Of a stretch of DNA of 64,000 nucleotides, positions 28,593 through 40,900 are shown piece by piece. This stretch comes from Macrostomum lignano (Eukaryota): the NCBI GenBank assembly GCA_002269645.1, contig NIVC01000292.1:434001-498000 (forward strand), given 5' to 3'. The position numbers and the translations under genes are program-made. The first letter of the stretch is position 1. Each line of letters opens with the position of its first letter. The notes below the pieces were generated by a model. The model had not been told where the DNA came from and made no database searches. It saw only the letters and a list, made by a program, of their open reading frames with translations.

Positions 28593-31378
28593 TTGTGAGT
28601 AGGAAGGTTTGAACAGGAGCTAGCAGAAAAACTCTGTGGTATACTTTACTTCTGGGCTTTTAGGGTGTGCACTCGATTCAGAAAAAAAGACAAATTTGTC
28701 TATTGACTGCTCTGCAGGCCTTTGGGCTTTTAAGCGATCTTACAGAACCAAGCTTGGGCGCGAAGTGGTTAAGCTGGGGGTGGTAAGAGCCAATAAACGA
28801 GCCTTGGTTTTAAAAAATACATTAAAATGCTTCTAACTTACTACTGAACTGAAATTATAAGCTTACACGCAAAGGTGCTGAGTGGCCAATCTAGTTATTC
28901 TATTATCTGTGTACGACTTGCGGTGCGTGCATTTAAACTTTAAGTTCAATTGTGCCATCGAAGTAGAAGGGTGGAAAGTTTCTTTTCTTAGAAAGTATTT
29001 TTGGGCTGGCTGTCTTTGGCTTCGGCTTTTTCCTTTTTTAGCACAAGCATTGCGACAGGTTTTATTGGAAGAAGTTCAAATGCTCATCTTTCAGCATAAC
29101 ATGGTCCCCTGATTTCGACTTTTGTCAAATAAAGCAATAAAGTCCTTAGCGATCACGAGCATAGATTAAAATAGGAGAGAAGAGTAGAGGAGAACATAGA
29201 AGAGAAACTCGAATCCCAGAAGTCCCATGGAGGAAAGAGAAGTCCATGAGAAGTCCGCGCATTCCGAGCCCGTCAGGTTCTGCTGCATCCAAGTCATTTT
29301 TAGCAACTAAGCCTGCAAAATCAGGTTCTTCCCGGATGCTAGTTCAGCCGCAGAGGAAGAAGCAATCTTCGGCTTTTTCAAAGCCAGCACAGACTCACAG
29401 AGCGCGCAATTGGGTCAGTCAGTTCGTTTATCTGCTTCTGCTGCTGCTGAAGTTGAAGGCTTGGCGCGTTGCCGTCATCTTTGTGCCTGTCGGATTGCTG
29501 GCGGTGAACCTCTTCTATGCTCCAAAACTATCCGACACCCTGCTGAGCACTAAAACTGGCAGAAACCGCAGCAACCATCTTGTCTTCTATGGCGCTTCCG
29601 ACTTTTCGGCGTCGAAGGCCCGAGTACTGATGGACAGCTCCGCCTTCCCGGCTGAAACGGCCGCCGCTACCAGCGTCATGAGTGCCGGAGGCGTCAATCA
29701 CGACTGGATCAAAGTTTGCGGCCCAGAAATCGACTGCAGAGAGCGCTTCATCCATCTCGAAGATGATGACGAAATCGTTGCCCTGATCCGCTACTCGAAG
29801 TCGCCTGCAAAGTCGCGGACCGTTTTGGAATGCCTGGTGCTCTATGGACTCACTGATGACATCAGATGCGCCTTCCTGTACAAACTTATGATTCTGTCAA
29901 TGGAAAAAGCTCTTGGGGTCGAAACTTTCAAGGACTTTCGCCTGTTTCAACTTTTGGACAAGTTCTCCATCAAGAATAAGACTACAGAGCTCTACAGCAG
30001 CAAAAAGATAAAACCGCTGCCCAAGTCCATTTGCGCAGACTGGATCAAAAAGAACCTCTTCGCCCTACTAACGCACTTTTACGTACCCTACTCAATCAGT
30101 CTTGCAGTGGTCGGAGTGAACTTCTACTTGCTCATCTCCACTGTATCCTGCATCCGCATGCTCAAGACCAATGGCTTCCTGCAGCAGCTGTTTCGCAGCG
30201 GCCTGTCCGTGTCTGCCTATTGGCTGGCAGTTTGGCTCATCACTGTGCTTGAGTGCCTAATCTTCGCGACCGTTTATACTCCACCTCTAACACACTACTG
30301 TGTCCTGGGGTTTTTCCGGCCCCAGCCATGGCCCGCCTCTTCATCTTCTTCACACTGTTTTGCCTCAACCTGGCTGCTTTCATGCTGCTGTTGGAGCTGC
30401 TGCTGCCACCTCTGGCTGCTGTGTCCATAGTGAGCTTCGTCGTGAGCCTCAGCATGCTGGTCTACAATTTATTGACCACAGCGTCAATGCGAAAACGGAC
30501 CAAATTCCTACTGTATATTTTTTCGCCACTTTTCTCAACCGAGTACATCGGCACGCTATTCAACTCTGAAGTGTGGCGACAGTTCTCAGCAATTCAGCTG
30601 CCGGATGAAGAGGAATCTGCGCGGCTTTCCCAGATTATGTACTGGACGATAGTCGGACTGCTGCTGTTCGTTCTGCTGCTGACTTACCTGGACTTCATCT
30701 TGAGCTGCGGCAACGGCCTGCTTTTGTCGCCGCTGTACCCGCTCATGCACAGCTTCTGGTGGCCGCGAGGTCAGAAGGATTGGAGCGAGGTGCCTCATAG
30801 CAAAACCCAAGCCGAGAGGATCGAGGCCAACATCGAGCCGGTGCTGGGACTGGAGCCCATCGTAATTGTCCACCACGTCAACAAGGCTTACAGAAACTGC
30901 TGCTTCCTCTGTCCTGATGGTCCGTTGGTTTTGAAGATGTCTTGTAAGTTGTTGTGTTAAACTTTTTCGGAGTTATTTTTTTTTCAGGCACACACGACCA
31001 AATCTACCACGAACCTAAAGAAGAGCGGACAAAACTGCACATGAAAGTGAAAAAGTCAGTACATACATATGCATGTAAATTATCAATTTGTTCGTCCATC
31101 AAATGCCAAATATCACACCAAATATTCGATTTGAAGAAATTAAGGCAATGCCACTGTGAAGTTTAGGTTTGCGTGCCGAGAAAGTTGGCCTCTGAATGGT
31201 TTTGTTAGCTCAATATATTTATTGGTCAATATTGTGGGGTGGGGTGAAGCAATGCGCGATTGGTCAATAACTGGTAAACAAGTTTAGGCGAGAGAATGAG
31301 TCATGAATAATAATGTGGGGCAGAGAGCGTAGCGCACGGCCTACAGCCACATCCAAATGCTACACTGTCTGCATAGAC

Positions 31379-31450
31379 TGCGACTACGTATAACAATATA
31401 CGTATTATATGCGACTACGTATAACAATATACGTATTATATGCGACTACG
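31379..31450. repeat. 31-bp tandem repeat (2.3 copies) with internal palindrome TACGTATA-ACAA-TATACGTA
   Basis: TGCGACTACGTATAACAATATACGTATTATA starts at 31379, 31410 and 31441. Confidence 0.9.
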
Positions 31451-34182
31451 CTTATTTGTAGTAAATTTCCCCGATGAAGTCCCTGTGAAACTGTCTGCGT
31501 TATCATTTCCCACGTCTTCCAGCCACCGCGCAATTCCGGCCGATTCTCACGGTTCCCCTTTCTCGTGCGATTTCTGAAATGTCTCTGTTAAAAATGTAAT
31601 TGAACCCCGCCCCACATAAAGGCATACAACCCCTCTAAAGTGGAAGCAGACTTTTAGGGCGGCCTGCACTAGCCCTTTGCAATGCCGTCATCAAGCACTT
31701 GTGGCTTTTTGTAAGAGTGCAGCTGTCCACAACTGCTACACTCCACCACGCTCTGATAACAATGCAATTCCCTAATTTCCTAAATCCTAAGTCCTATTCC
31801 TAATAGTTCCTACGATAGTCCCTAAATATCGGTTGATTACCATCCTTATAGCGGAATGGACTCTAGAGAAGTCATCAAGGCATTTCGAGCGGGCACTCTG
31901 ATGCTTCCTCAGCTTTTGGAAACTTGCAGTTTGCCTGTAGAATCGACTCCCGAGAAGGAAGAAAAACCAAAGCATCGGATAAGAAAGTCCAACCGAATGA
32001 GGGGCTCCACGCTTGCTCAGTTCATTGCTTTGTTTGCTCTGAATATGAAGCGGCAAGTGCGCTCGCGGGCCAACCTAGTGAGCCGAATCCTTGTGCCCGC
32101 CGCCCTGCTGGCAGTCATGGCTTTTTCGGCAGCATTGAGTCAAAGTACTTTAAAACAGAAGACTGATGACCCGGAATTTCAAAAGATGGATATTCTTGCT
32201 GTGCCGCAGTCGTTTCGAATTAATTTTTTGGCAAGTCTGAAATCCCCATTACTTGTGTGAGTGATGGAGTCTCGAACCTGATCTCTCTGCTCGATTGCGA
32301 GAGTCTGGCTCTTCCAGCTGCGGCAGAAGACAGCGGGAGCCGTCCGCCTATTCTCATTAAAAAATCTCCATTGCAAAGCATCGAGAACTTTCTGTCGCTA
32401 AAATCAACCTGAGATGAAATTTTTAAAGAGCTCAGGGCGAAAAACTGGATTAAGGGCGGGGCACAAATGACGCCATGCGCCGTGTACTACGCCTCGCCTT
32501 GGCAGAAGAACGTGTCGAACAAGGACCGATCCGTAAGCGTTAGGGTTTTGTACCAAGAAGATTCTGTATCCCCCAGGGTGCACATTTACAGAAGAGCGCT
32601 GGTGACCATCTTGAAGTTCTTTGGAATATCAGGACCCGAAGCAACCACTGCCCTGGCTTCAACATTCAGTTTTTCACGCTTCTCTTTGTATTCTGTCTGT
32701 TTCCTGTTTCGTACTTGAGCGATCCGATTGAAGACATGGCAATCAAAGCGCGCAACTACCTCGCCTCCACTGGTTTGACTTCCACTCCCTACTGGGTCAA
32801 TACATTTCTCATGCACTGGGTTCGGTACGTTATTTGCTACATGATAGCTGTCGGGCTGCTACTGATATGCGAGGAATACAGAAGCACGTATATAGCCCTT
32901 GCCGCCTTCTTGCCAGTGCTTCTCGCTGGAACCGTGTCCAACCAGCTGACCATCTGCGCCATCGCTGTTGTAACACAGACTCAAAGCACCGTGGTCTCGA
33001 CAGCCTGCGTTCTGACCGCAGTGCTTCTGCCCCCAGTATTGTTCATCACTCAGAACCATAAGACTTTCGTGACGCTTTTGTTCTGGATCCTGCCACCCGC
33101 AGCCCCGCTTGAACTGCTGTACAGCAGCGCCAACTACTATTTACTCAAGCTGGACTATTATCAGACCAATGACGGCGATGAGTTGCCTGGCATGGCTGAA
33201 AGTGTGTACAGAAATCCTCTAATATTACAAGCCCTACTGGCTATGCCAGTGCACATTTTCATCATGTTCGGCATCATTTTTTTCACAGAGCAGAGCGCTG
33301 TTATCAGAAAGTTAATCAGGGGTAACAGCGCCCAGATTACGCCTGATAACATTGATAGCGAAATGGAGGAAGGCGCAAGGAAAGAAGCAGAGCGGGTGCT
33401 GGCGGCTCCCAGGAGCTCCAAGAACATGCTGGAGGTGCGACAGCTGCAAAAGATTTACCCCAACGGAGTCCACGCTGTGCGAGGCGTCACCTTCGGAGCG
33501 ATGGCCGGCGAGATCTTTGGTCTGCTGGGCGCGAACGGAGCCGGCAAGTCCACCTCCATGTCGGTGATTGTCGGCGAGGAGGCCGCGACGGAGGGCGCCT
33601 GCGAGGTTCACGTGCAGGACGGCGCCTGGTTGTCCGGTCGGGAAGGAGCCACAGTCGGCGCCATCGGCTACTGCCCGCAGTACAACCCGCTGTTCAACAG
33701 AGTCACCGTGGCCGAGCACATCCTCTTCTACGCGGATATCCGCGGCCTGGACTCGACCGAGGCGGAGCAACAGACGACCCGGCTGATGCAGAGCCTCGGC
33801 CTGTCGCAGCACAGCGACAAGCAGGCCGGCCAGCTGTCGGGCGGCAACAAGCGGCGTCTCTGCCTCGCCATCGCTCTGCTGGGCGACCCGGCGCTCATCG
33901 TCATCGACGAGGCCTCGACCGGCGTAGATCCCGAGAACAAGCGCTTCATCTGGGGCGCCATCCGCCGCATGGTGCGCAAGAAAAGGTCAGTGATGGTCAC
34001 GACTCACAGCATGGAGGAGGTCGAGGCTCTGTGCAGTCGGGTCGGCATCATGAACAAGGGCAGGATGATCTCAGTGGGCACCGTGCAGCAGCTGAGGAGT
34101 CGGTGAGTATTAATTTGCAGCATTTCAAACCACTATTTGACAATAGAGCACGAGTGCGTGCCCGCTTGAGAAATTGATGAAA

Positions 34183-34370
34183 GGTTTTTTGTCAGCAGTG
34201 CTGTAACCGATTGGTTGGAAATTCTAGCAGGTTTTTTGTCAGCAGTGCTGTAACCGATTGGTTGGAAATTCTAGCAGATTTTTTGTCAGCAGTGCTGTAA
34301 CCGATTGGTTGGAAATTCTAGCAGGTTTTTTATCAGCAGTGCTGTAACCGATTGGTTGGAAATTCTAGCA
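34183..34370. repeat. 47-bp minisatellite x4 in the last intron of ABCA copy A
   Basis: GGTTTTTTGTCAGCAGTGCTGTAACCGATTGGTTGGAAATTCTAGCA starts at 34183, 34230, 34277 and 34324 with single substitutions. Confidence 0.95.
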
Positions 34371-35010
34371 GGTAGCACAAATGCAGCCCATATTCAGGCT
34401 CTTAACTTGTTTAAAAGGTGCATTTGATTTTTTACCATCAATTGACTTTATTTCGACAATTTTTCAATCAGCCATGGAGACGCGTACACGCTCGAGCTGC
34501 TGCTGAACGCCGAGTCCGAAACGTCGATCAGACGAAGAAAGTTATCCATCAGGCTTGCGGTGCTGGAGCAGTTCAGTGGAGCGCAGACGCAGGAGGACGT
34601 CGGCCTCAGCCTGGTGATGCAGTTTTCGGTGCCCAAGTCGTCAGTGAGCAGCCTGTCGGATGCGCTGAAGTGGCTGGAGACGAACCAGAGCGGATGGGGA
34701 GTGAGCTACTGGGCCTTCTACCAGATTTCTCTCGACCAGGTGTTCGTGAAGCTGATCAAGACGCACGACCCCTCCGTTCCGGAGAAAGCCGGCAATTCTG
34801 TTTGAGAAGACGCTAAAAAACAAAATACTTGAACAATGTCTGCATTTTTTCCAGTACTAATGCAGTATTTTACTGAATGTAACATAGTGGCAACTTTTTC
34901 GTTTAATAAAAGTACTATTTATTAACTTGTCTGTTGCACAGCAGATAACCAGGATATTTTTTAGTTTCAATCATGAAACAGAAAGAAATGAAAGAAATTT
35001 TCATTAGAAT

Positions 35011-35011
<1 letters not shown>

Positions 35012-35088
<77 letters not shown>
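35012..35088. repeat. (CAA)n microsatellite
   Basis: About 25 CAA units with one CAT interruption. Confidence 0.95.
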
Positions 35089-35689
35089 GAATACGCAGTT
35101 GGCGTCGCAGTGTTGGAATATTCTATATTAGAATTCAATATAGCTAACAGTTGCATACATGAGTGCATTGGTATTGTAGCTACGCTCGTAGTGTAAAGAC
35201 ATGTTCGGTACATCTTGCAAACTGTGCTCTTACCCGTTCTCTTACCTGTGCTCTCAGTCACTGTGCTCTTAGTCACTGAGCTCTCCAATGACCAGCGCCA
35301 CGTGGAAATTGAGGTAGCCTCTCCACCGCATTCAGGACGCTACACACGTGATTCGTCGAATATTTTTGAAGGCCGATTTCTTCATTTCGATATTCTTCAA
35401 TATTCTTCTTCAGGTCGACACGAGTGATGCATTCTAAGAGTGTTTTGACTTTTAACTTCTTTGAGGCTAGTTATAATTTTCTAATTGCAGCGCAAAGGTA
35501 CTAATCAAGTTATTTGAAGTCTTGTGCATTGGTCCATCTATCAAATCCCAGCCATTTGTTGTCCGGTGTCTGTTTTGTTAATTGTTAACTGGAATTTTTA
35601 AGGCTGTCAGAATATTATTAGGATTGAGGAGTTAAAAAATGCTGACATGGTGACATGACAACCATTGCAGACCCGACACCGTCGTGTAT

Positions 35690-36770
35690 CGTCACAATTC
35701 CTTGCCGAAACACCGAAAGCATCTGTGATCTGGCTGAAGAAAGCCGCGTCTCGCCTCTACACTAGCCATCTTGGTGCAGTTCTCTGTAGCGTGTTCTGAC
35801 CCACAGTCGGTGCAGTACACTTTGCCGCTCTGTTCTTGACGATTAGGTTGTCGCTCTTCTGACTGAGCAGTCAGGGTGGCTAAGGACGACTTTGGCCGAG
35901 CTATTCCACGACTGTGATTCGATAAATTGAGCTTCCTTACACCTACAGCAGCGTTCTCAGGGACTTGAATTGCAAGAGTTTGGAAGAGTTTCAAGAAAAA
36001 ACTCCACCGTGTCAATGGTTTTTTCAATAACTCGCGGGCTTCACCAGGTTGAGTCGAAATTCAGCTGGACATTTGCGAAGCAAGTTTTTTAGCAACTATG
36101 TCTCGTAAGTTGACGGAGGAACACCTTGAACCTCTAAGCTACGAACTCCGGCAGCGATGTTGTCATGAAAACTTCGCAGACTCGACAAGGTGATATCAAA
36201 TAACTGAACGTCAGAGAGCTGACTTAGGATTCTGCGATTAATTTTTTCCTTCCCAAAGCGTTTATTCAGAATATCGATGGCGATTTGATAATTGGGTCGA
36301 CATGATTGAAAGTGAATCCATCAGAAAATTTAAAGAATTTAAATTTAAAGAATTTTCAGAAAATTCCATCAGTTGTTCGGACAACTCCGCGTTCTCATCG
36401 CCAGAGGAAGACACTTGATCCCAGAAGGGCTGCCACATGGACACTGTACCATCAAATGTTGGGATCCTGCGCTTTGGTAGTTTGACTTGAGGCTTGGATG
36501 GACTCGACACCGATGCTCAGCCATTGCTGGACTGGTTCACACTCTTCTCTAGAAGCTTCATGTACTTCCGAGCCTTAAAGGTGTACTCCAGACTCTCTTC
36601 TTGATCCGCTTCTCGCTTCTCTTCATCCGAATAGGAATCTTCTCTTTCAGTGTGTCAATACAGACTTCCGCTTCCACAGTGAGCTTTACACCCACAGTAC
36701 CGACGACAGACAACAACTTCTCAGCACGGCTTGACGCTCTCTTCCTGATCAGTTCGTCCAGCGACATGAT
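35690..36770 (-). mobile_element. Decayed BEL/Pao LTR-retrotransposon gag fragment
   Basis: MSLDELIRKRASSRA at the start; KLPKRRIPTFDGTVSMWQPFWDQ and LRSFHDNIAAGVRSLEVQGV (DUF1759-type gag); zinc knuckles CTDCGSEHATENC...CFRCFGK. Broken by stops and frameshifts; no pol or paired LTR seen. Confidence 0.85.
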
Positions 36771-36789
36771 GATCAACACCAGCGACGGA

Positions 36790-37000
36790 GGAACGCATAG
36801 GCTTTCGGAAAAAGCCTATGCCTAAATCCTTTGACTGAAAGAAGATCGACTTCAGGGTCGCTTAACGCTTTAATCCACTTCTGGGCAGCAGAGTCGCTCC
36901 TAGGGAAGTTTTGAATCCATTACTTTTTGGTGGTGGCAATTTATGTATGCTGCAGCCCCGAACACAGCAGCCTCGAATTTAGCGCTCTTCTGCCCATTTG
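36790..37000 (-). pseudogene. Possible THAP-domain relic (DNA transposon derived)
   Basis: Frameshifted translation gives GCCVRGCS...NFPRSDSAAQKWIKAL...SLCV, matching the THAP pattern C.V.GC / FP / W..A(L) / LC. It is truncated where the BEL relic begins. Confidence 0.4.
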
Positions 37001-37947
37001 TTTGTTAGCAAAGCGCAACGTCGCGAGGACCAGTGAACTTTGTGTCTGTTGCGAATATTCTTGTAACCACGAAAGAAATATGTCTATGTCCCTTTAAGCT
37101 ACTGACCTCAGACTTGTGTTAAACGCTGTCGGCTTAATTAAATTTTTCTTGCAATTCGCGTGGTCGGTCTTTTCCTATTGAATGCACTGAGAGTGGCATA
37201 TCTAGGGAATATAAGATCTATGGTCAGAGTATCTGAATGTACACACAGATACACACATTGATTACTTTCCTCACCTTTGCACTCAGCCAGCACTGCACTC
37301 TGCCCCAATAGATCAAGCAAAATTGACCTTTGCAGAAAAGGCAGTTTTTCGATTTTTAGCACACGCATTGAAGCAGATTGACTAGTTGTAGCCGAAAGAT
37401 GCTTGAATGATTTGACATCGTTTGCAGCAAACCGGATCAAATTTGGTTCAGGCATTCAGTCAGTAGAGATGGCTTAGAGATTGATTGATCTAGACGTGTA
37501 AGAACCCTGCTAGCCCTGAGAAACCCTGCTAACCAAGCCTTCACTAAATCCTTGCAAAAGCGTTGCATCCGGGATCCTTGGTCTGAGTTCCGCTAGGATG
37601 CCCAAGCTTCCATGATCTACGAAGTACTTGAGGGGTGGAATGATAGTCTGTAAAAATGAGCAGGATACTGCAAATACTGGCTTTCAAATCCATAAATATT
37701 CTAAATCTCGATCAATATCATTGCTCAATCTTGGGATTATCCCCAAGCTTCTGCAGAATTTTTAAATAAATGTTACGCTACACTGAATGCAGGCATGCGC
37801 ATCGTTTGTATTTTGACTGCAATATACGAGTATGTAACAAAAATGGTAGTCACGATTTATGGGTACCATGGAAATTCGTTTTTACTTGTCTTATTGCAAG
37901 TTTTAAAGTACTCAGTCTGCATTTAAGTCGCCCCGGGGCGCAGACTG

Positions 37948-40900
37948 TTAAGCTTTTTCGGGATGCTTCCTAGCCGAACGGCTGAACATTGTGACCAGCT
38001 TCACAAACACCTGGTCCAGCGACATCTGGTAGAGGGCCCAGTAGCTCACCCCCAGCCGGCCCTGGTTGGCCGCCAGCCACTTCAGCGCACCCGACAGGCT
38101 CCGCACCGCCGACTTGGGCACCGAGAACTGCATGACCAGGCCCAGGCCGAGGTCCTCCTGCGTCTGCGCTCCTTTGAACTGCTCCGACACTGCTTTCTTG
38201 ATGACCAGCTTCTTCTGTCTGACTACTGACTCGGTCTCCGGGGCCAGCAGCAGCTCCAGCGTGTACGCGTCTCCGTGGCTGCGGACAGTTGGATTTTAAT
38301 TCTCTAGCTAATAATGCCCTAGTAATGTTGCGAAAGATAATTACGAGTATTTATTGCCAATTCAAAAAAAGAAAAACCAATAACTCGTGTGCCTACAACA
38401 AGGTGGTTAGTTGTCAGGGGTTTCAAAATGTCCTTTGCAAATAGTAAAAACAGAAGCTCTCACCGACTCCTTAGCTGCTGCACGGTGCCCACCGAGATCA
38501 TCCTGCCCTTGTTCATGATGCCGACCCGACTGCACAGAGCCTCGACCTCCTCCATGCTGTGAGTCGTGACCATGACCGACCTCTGCTTGTGCACCATGCG
38601 GCGGATGGCGCCCCAGATGAAGCGCTTGTTCTCGGGATCTACGCCGGTCGAGGCCTCGTCGATGACGATGAGCGCCGGGTCGCCCAGCAGAGCGATGGCG
38701 AGGCAGAGACGTCGCTTGTTGCCGCCCGACAGCTGGCCGGCCTGCTTGTCGCTGTGCTGCGACAGGCCGAGGCTCTGCATCAGCCGGGTCGTCTGTCGCT
38801 CCGCCTCGGTCGAGTCCAGGCCGCGGATGTCCGCGTAGAAGCGGATGTGCTCGGCCACGGTGATGCAGTTGAACAGCGGGTTGTGCTGCGGGCAGTAGCC
38901 GATGGCGCCGACTGTGGCTCCTTCCCGACCGGACAGCCAGGCACCATCCTGCACGTGGACCTCGCAGACTCCCTCCGTCGCGACCTCCTCGCCGACAATC
39001 ACCGACATGGAGGTGGACTTGCCGGCTCCGTTCGCGCCCAGCAGACCGAAGATCTCGCCGGCCATCGCTCCGAAGGTGACGCCTCGCACAGCGTGGACTC
39101 CGTTGGGGTAAATCTTTTGCAGCTGTCGCACCTCCAGCACGTTCTTGGAGCCCCTGGGAGCCGCCAGCACCCGCTCTGCTTCTTTCTTTGCGCCTTCTTC
39201 TATGTCGCTGTCTGCTTTTACAGGTCTTTTCGTTAGACTTTTTTTGCAGAAGAAATTCCTAATGTTCTCGATTGTTACCGTTTGGTTCTCAAGCATGCAG
39301 ATAGCACAGCACAGTAAAATTATGTGCAGTGGTAAAGCCAGCGTTGAATAAAAAACGTCTGAATACTTCCATATATTCCTCACGAGGCCAGGCAGCGCAG
39401 ATGCATCTTTCTTCTTGTAGTATTGAGCTTTGTAGACCACATACTCTACGCAGCAGCACATTAGGCGTAGTGGTGTCAAAGGCGGTAATATCGAAATCAT
39501 CACCCGCAGGGCCGTTACGTTTCTAACAGCATAAGAAACCATTACCAAAGAAATGAAGACGGCGTTGCAGCAGACAGTAACTACCATGCTCTTTCTCTTG
39601 CTGATGAGGGCTATCGTATAGATGGTCAGAAGGTTGGAAGTTATTCCAAAAATTAGCGCAGGCAGAAATCCTCCGAGGATGAGATACGCAGATCTGTGGG
39701 CTGCGGACAGCATTAGCAGGCCAAAAGCAGCGCTGAAAAAGGTCGCGTACTGAAGCCAGTGTAAGGCAAAGGTGTTGATCCAGTAGGAAAACCGGCCCAT
39801 ACCAGTCGACAGGAGGTAAGCACGTACTCTGCTGCTTATGTCTTCGATTGGGTCAGTCAGGTAGGAAGCTGGGATAAGATTAAAGAGAAAAAACATATAA
39901 ACCACTCCCATTCCAAAGTCAAAAAAACCGCCAAGCGGATTCAGATACGACAAGGCCGTTGATTCTCCAGGTTCAGTCGAGAGAAATTGTCCAAAGAGCT
40001 TGGCGATTCCCCTGCGGAAAATGTGCACTGGTAGAACACGTACACTTTCCTCATAATAGACACCTATGCTGATAGATCTGTTGGAGCCGGTTGCATTCAG
40101 CAGCCAGGAAGATGCATAATAGATTACGCAAGGAATCATCGATTTGCTATCTAACCAATTGTTTCTCTTCATTCCAGCTCGCAGTGCTTCTGTTGTAGAA
40201 CTCTGCGCCATAAAGTCATTCAGACTCTGAGACTTGGGCTTCACTAGAACAATTGGCTTCTTTTTCTGGGCATCACCACCCAGAGCCAGAGCTCTGCAGA
40301 TGTCGGAACCGCCAGCAATGTCAGTCTGATTCAAATCAAAGACACAAGCCGTAGCCAGCTCTGTGAAGCCGAAATCTGTTGCTCGAATTTTAGACTTTTT
40401 AGACATGGCGTCCATTTCGATTAAATCAATGTCGGTTTCATTTTTTCTTTTTGAATTCGTGTATGTAAGAGACTGATAAGTTATCAGAATCAGCAACACG
40501 GAAGGCAGTAAAACTCTGCTTAAAAGAGTAATCTAACCGCGCAACACTCTCTTGAAGTTTACCTGAAAGAATGCCACGAACTGTTTGATTGCAGAATGTT
40601 TTGTCTGACGCGATATCCCTTGTCCTTGTAGATCCGAATCTTCTTTCGCTAACCGACAAAACAGCGCGCTCTGAAGGCAGGGAGCGTGTCAGAGTATCCG
40701 ACTGAAATGCCTTGATGATCTCTTCGGAATCCATCCCGCCAAGCTTCATAAAAACGTCGTCCAGTGATGCTTGAGACAGACCGAACGTTTCAACCTCGCT
40801 GCTGGTCTCCAGCACCTGCACCGCCTCGGTCAAAACATCCGAGTTCAAAGCAGAAACCTCCAGCTGCAGCTCGGTCTCCTCCCGGCTCTTTAATCGGACC

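Larger units (their letters stand above)
29336..34805 (+). pseudogene. ABCA-family transporter copy A (ABCA5/6-like), pseudogene; exons about 29336-30943, (NBD1 missing) 31852-34102, 34472-34805
   Basis: Collinear with copies C and D. Lesions: +2 bp (TATA at 30275-30278) in TMD1; NBD1 replaced by unrelated sequence (about 30990-31850); -1 in the T-run at 32224-32229; in-frame TGA at 32410-32412; a frameshift at about 32670-32710. NBD2 (GANGAGKST, LSGGNKRR, VIDEASTGVD, TTHSMEE) and the last exon are intact. Confidence 0.85.

Noticed and set aside
31844-31860. Cryptic acceptor rescuing copy A by skipping NBD1
   Set aside because: Splicing from the phase-1 donor at 30943 would be out of frame, and downstream lesions at 32224, 32410 and about 32700 remain.
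32410-32412. TGA as selenocysteine or readthrough
   Set aside because: It aligns to Arg/Lys codons in the paralogs and co-occurs with frameshifts, so a nonsense mutation is simpler.
35004-35288. Poly-Val ORF
   Set aside because: Antisense translation of the (CAA)n microsatellite.
37138-37455. 105-aa minus-strand ORF
   Set aside because: No recognisable motif or splice context; left unannotated.
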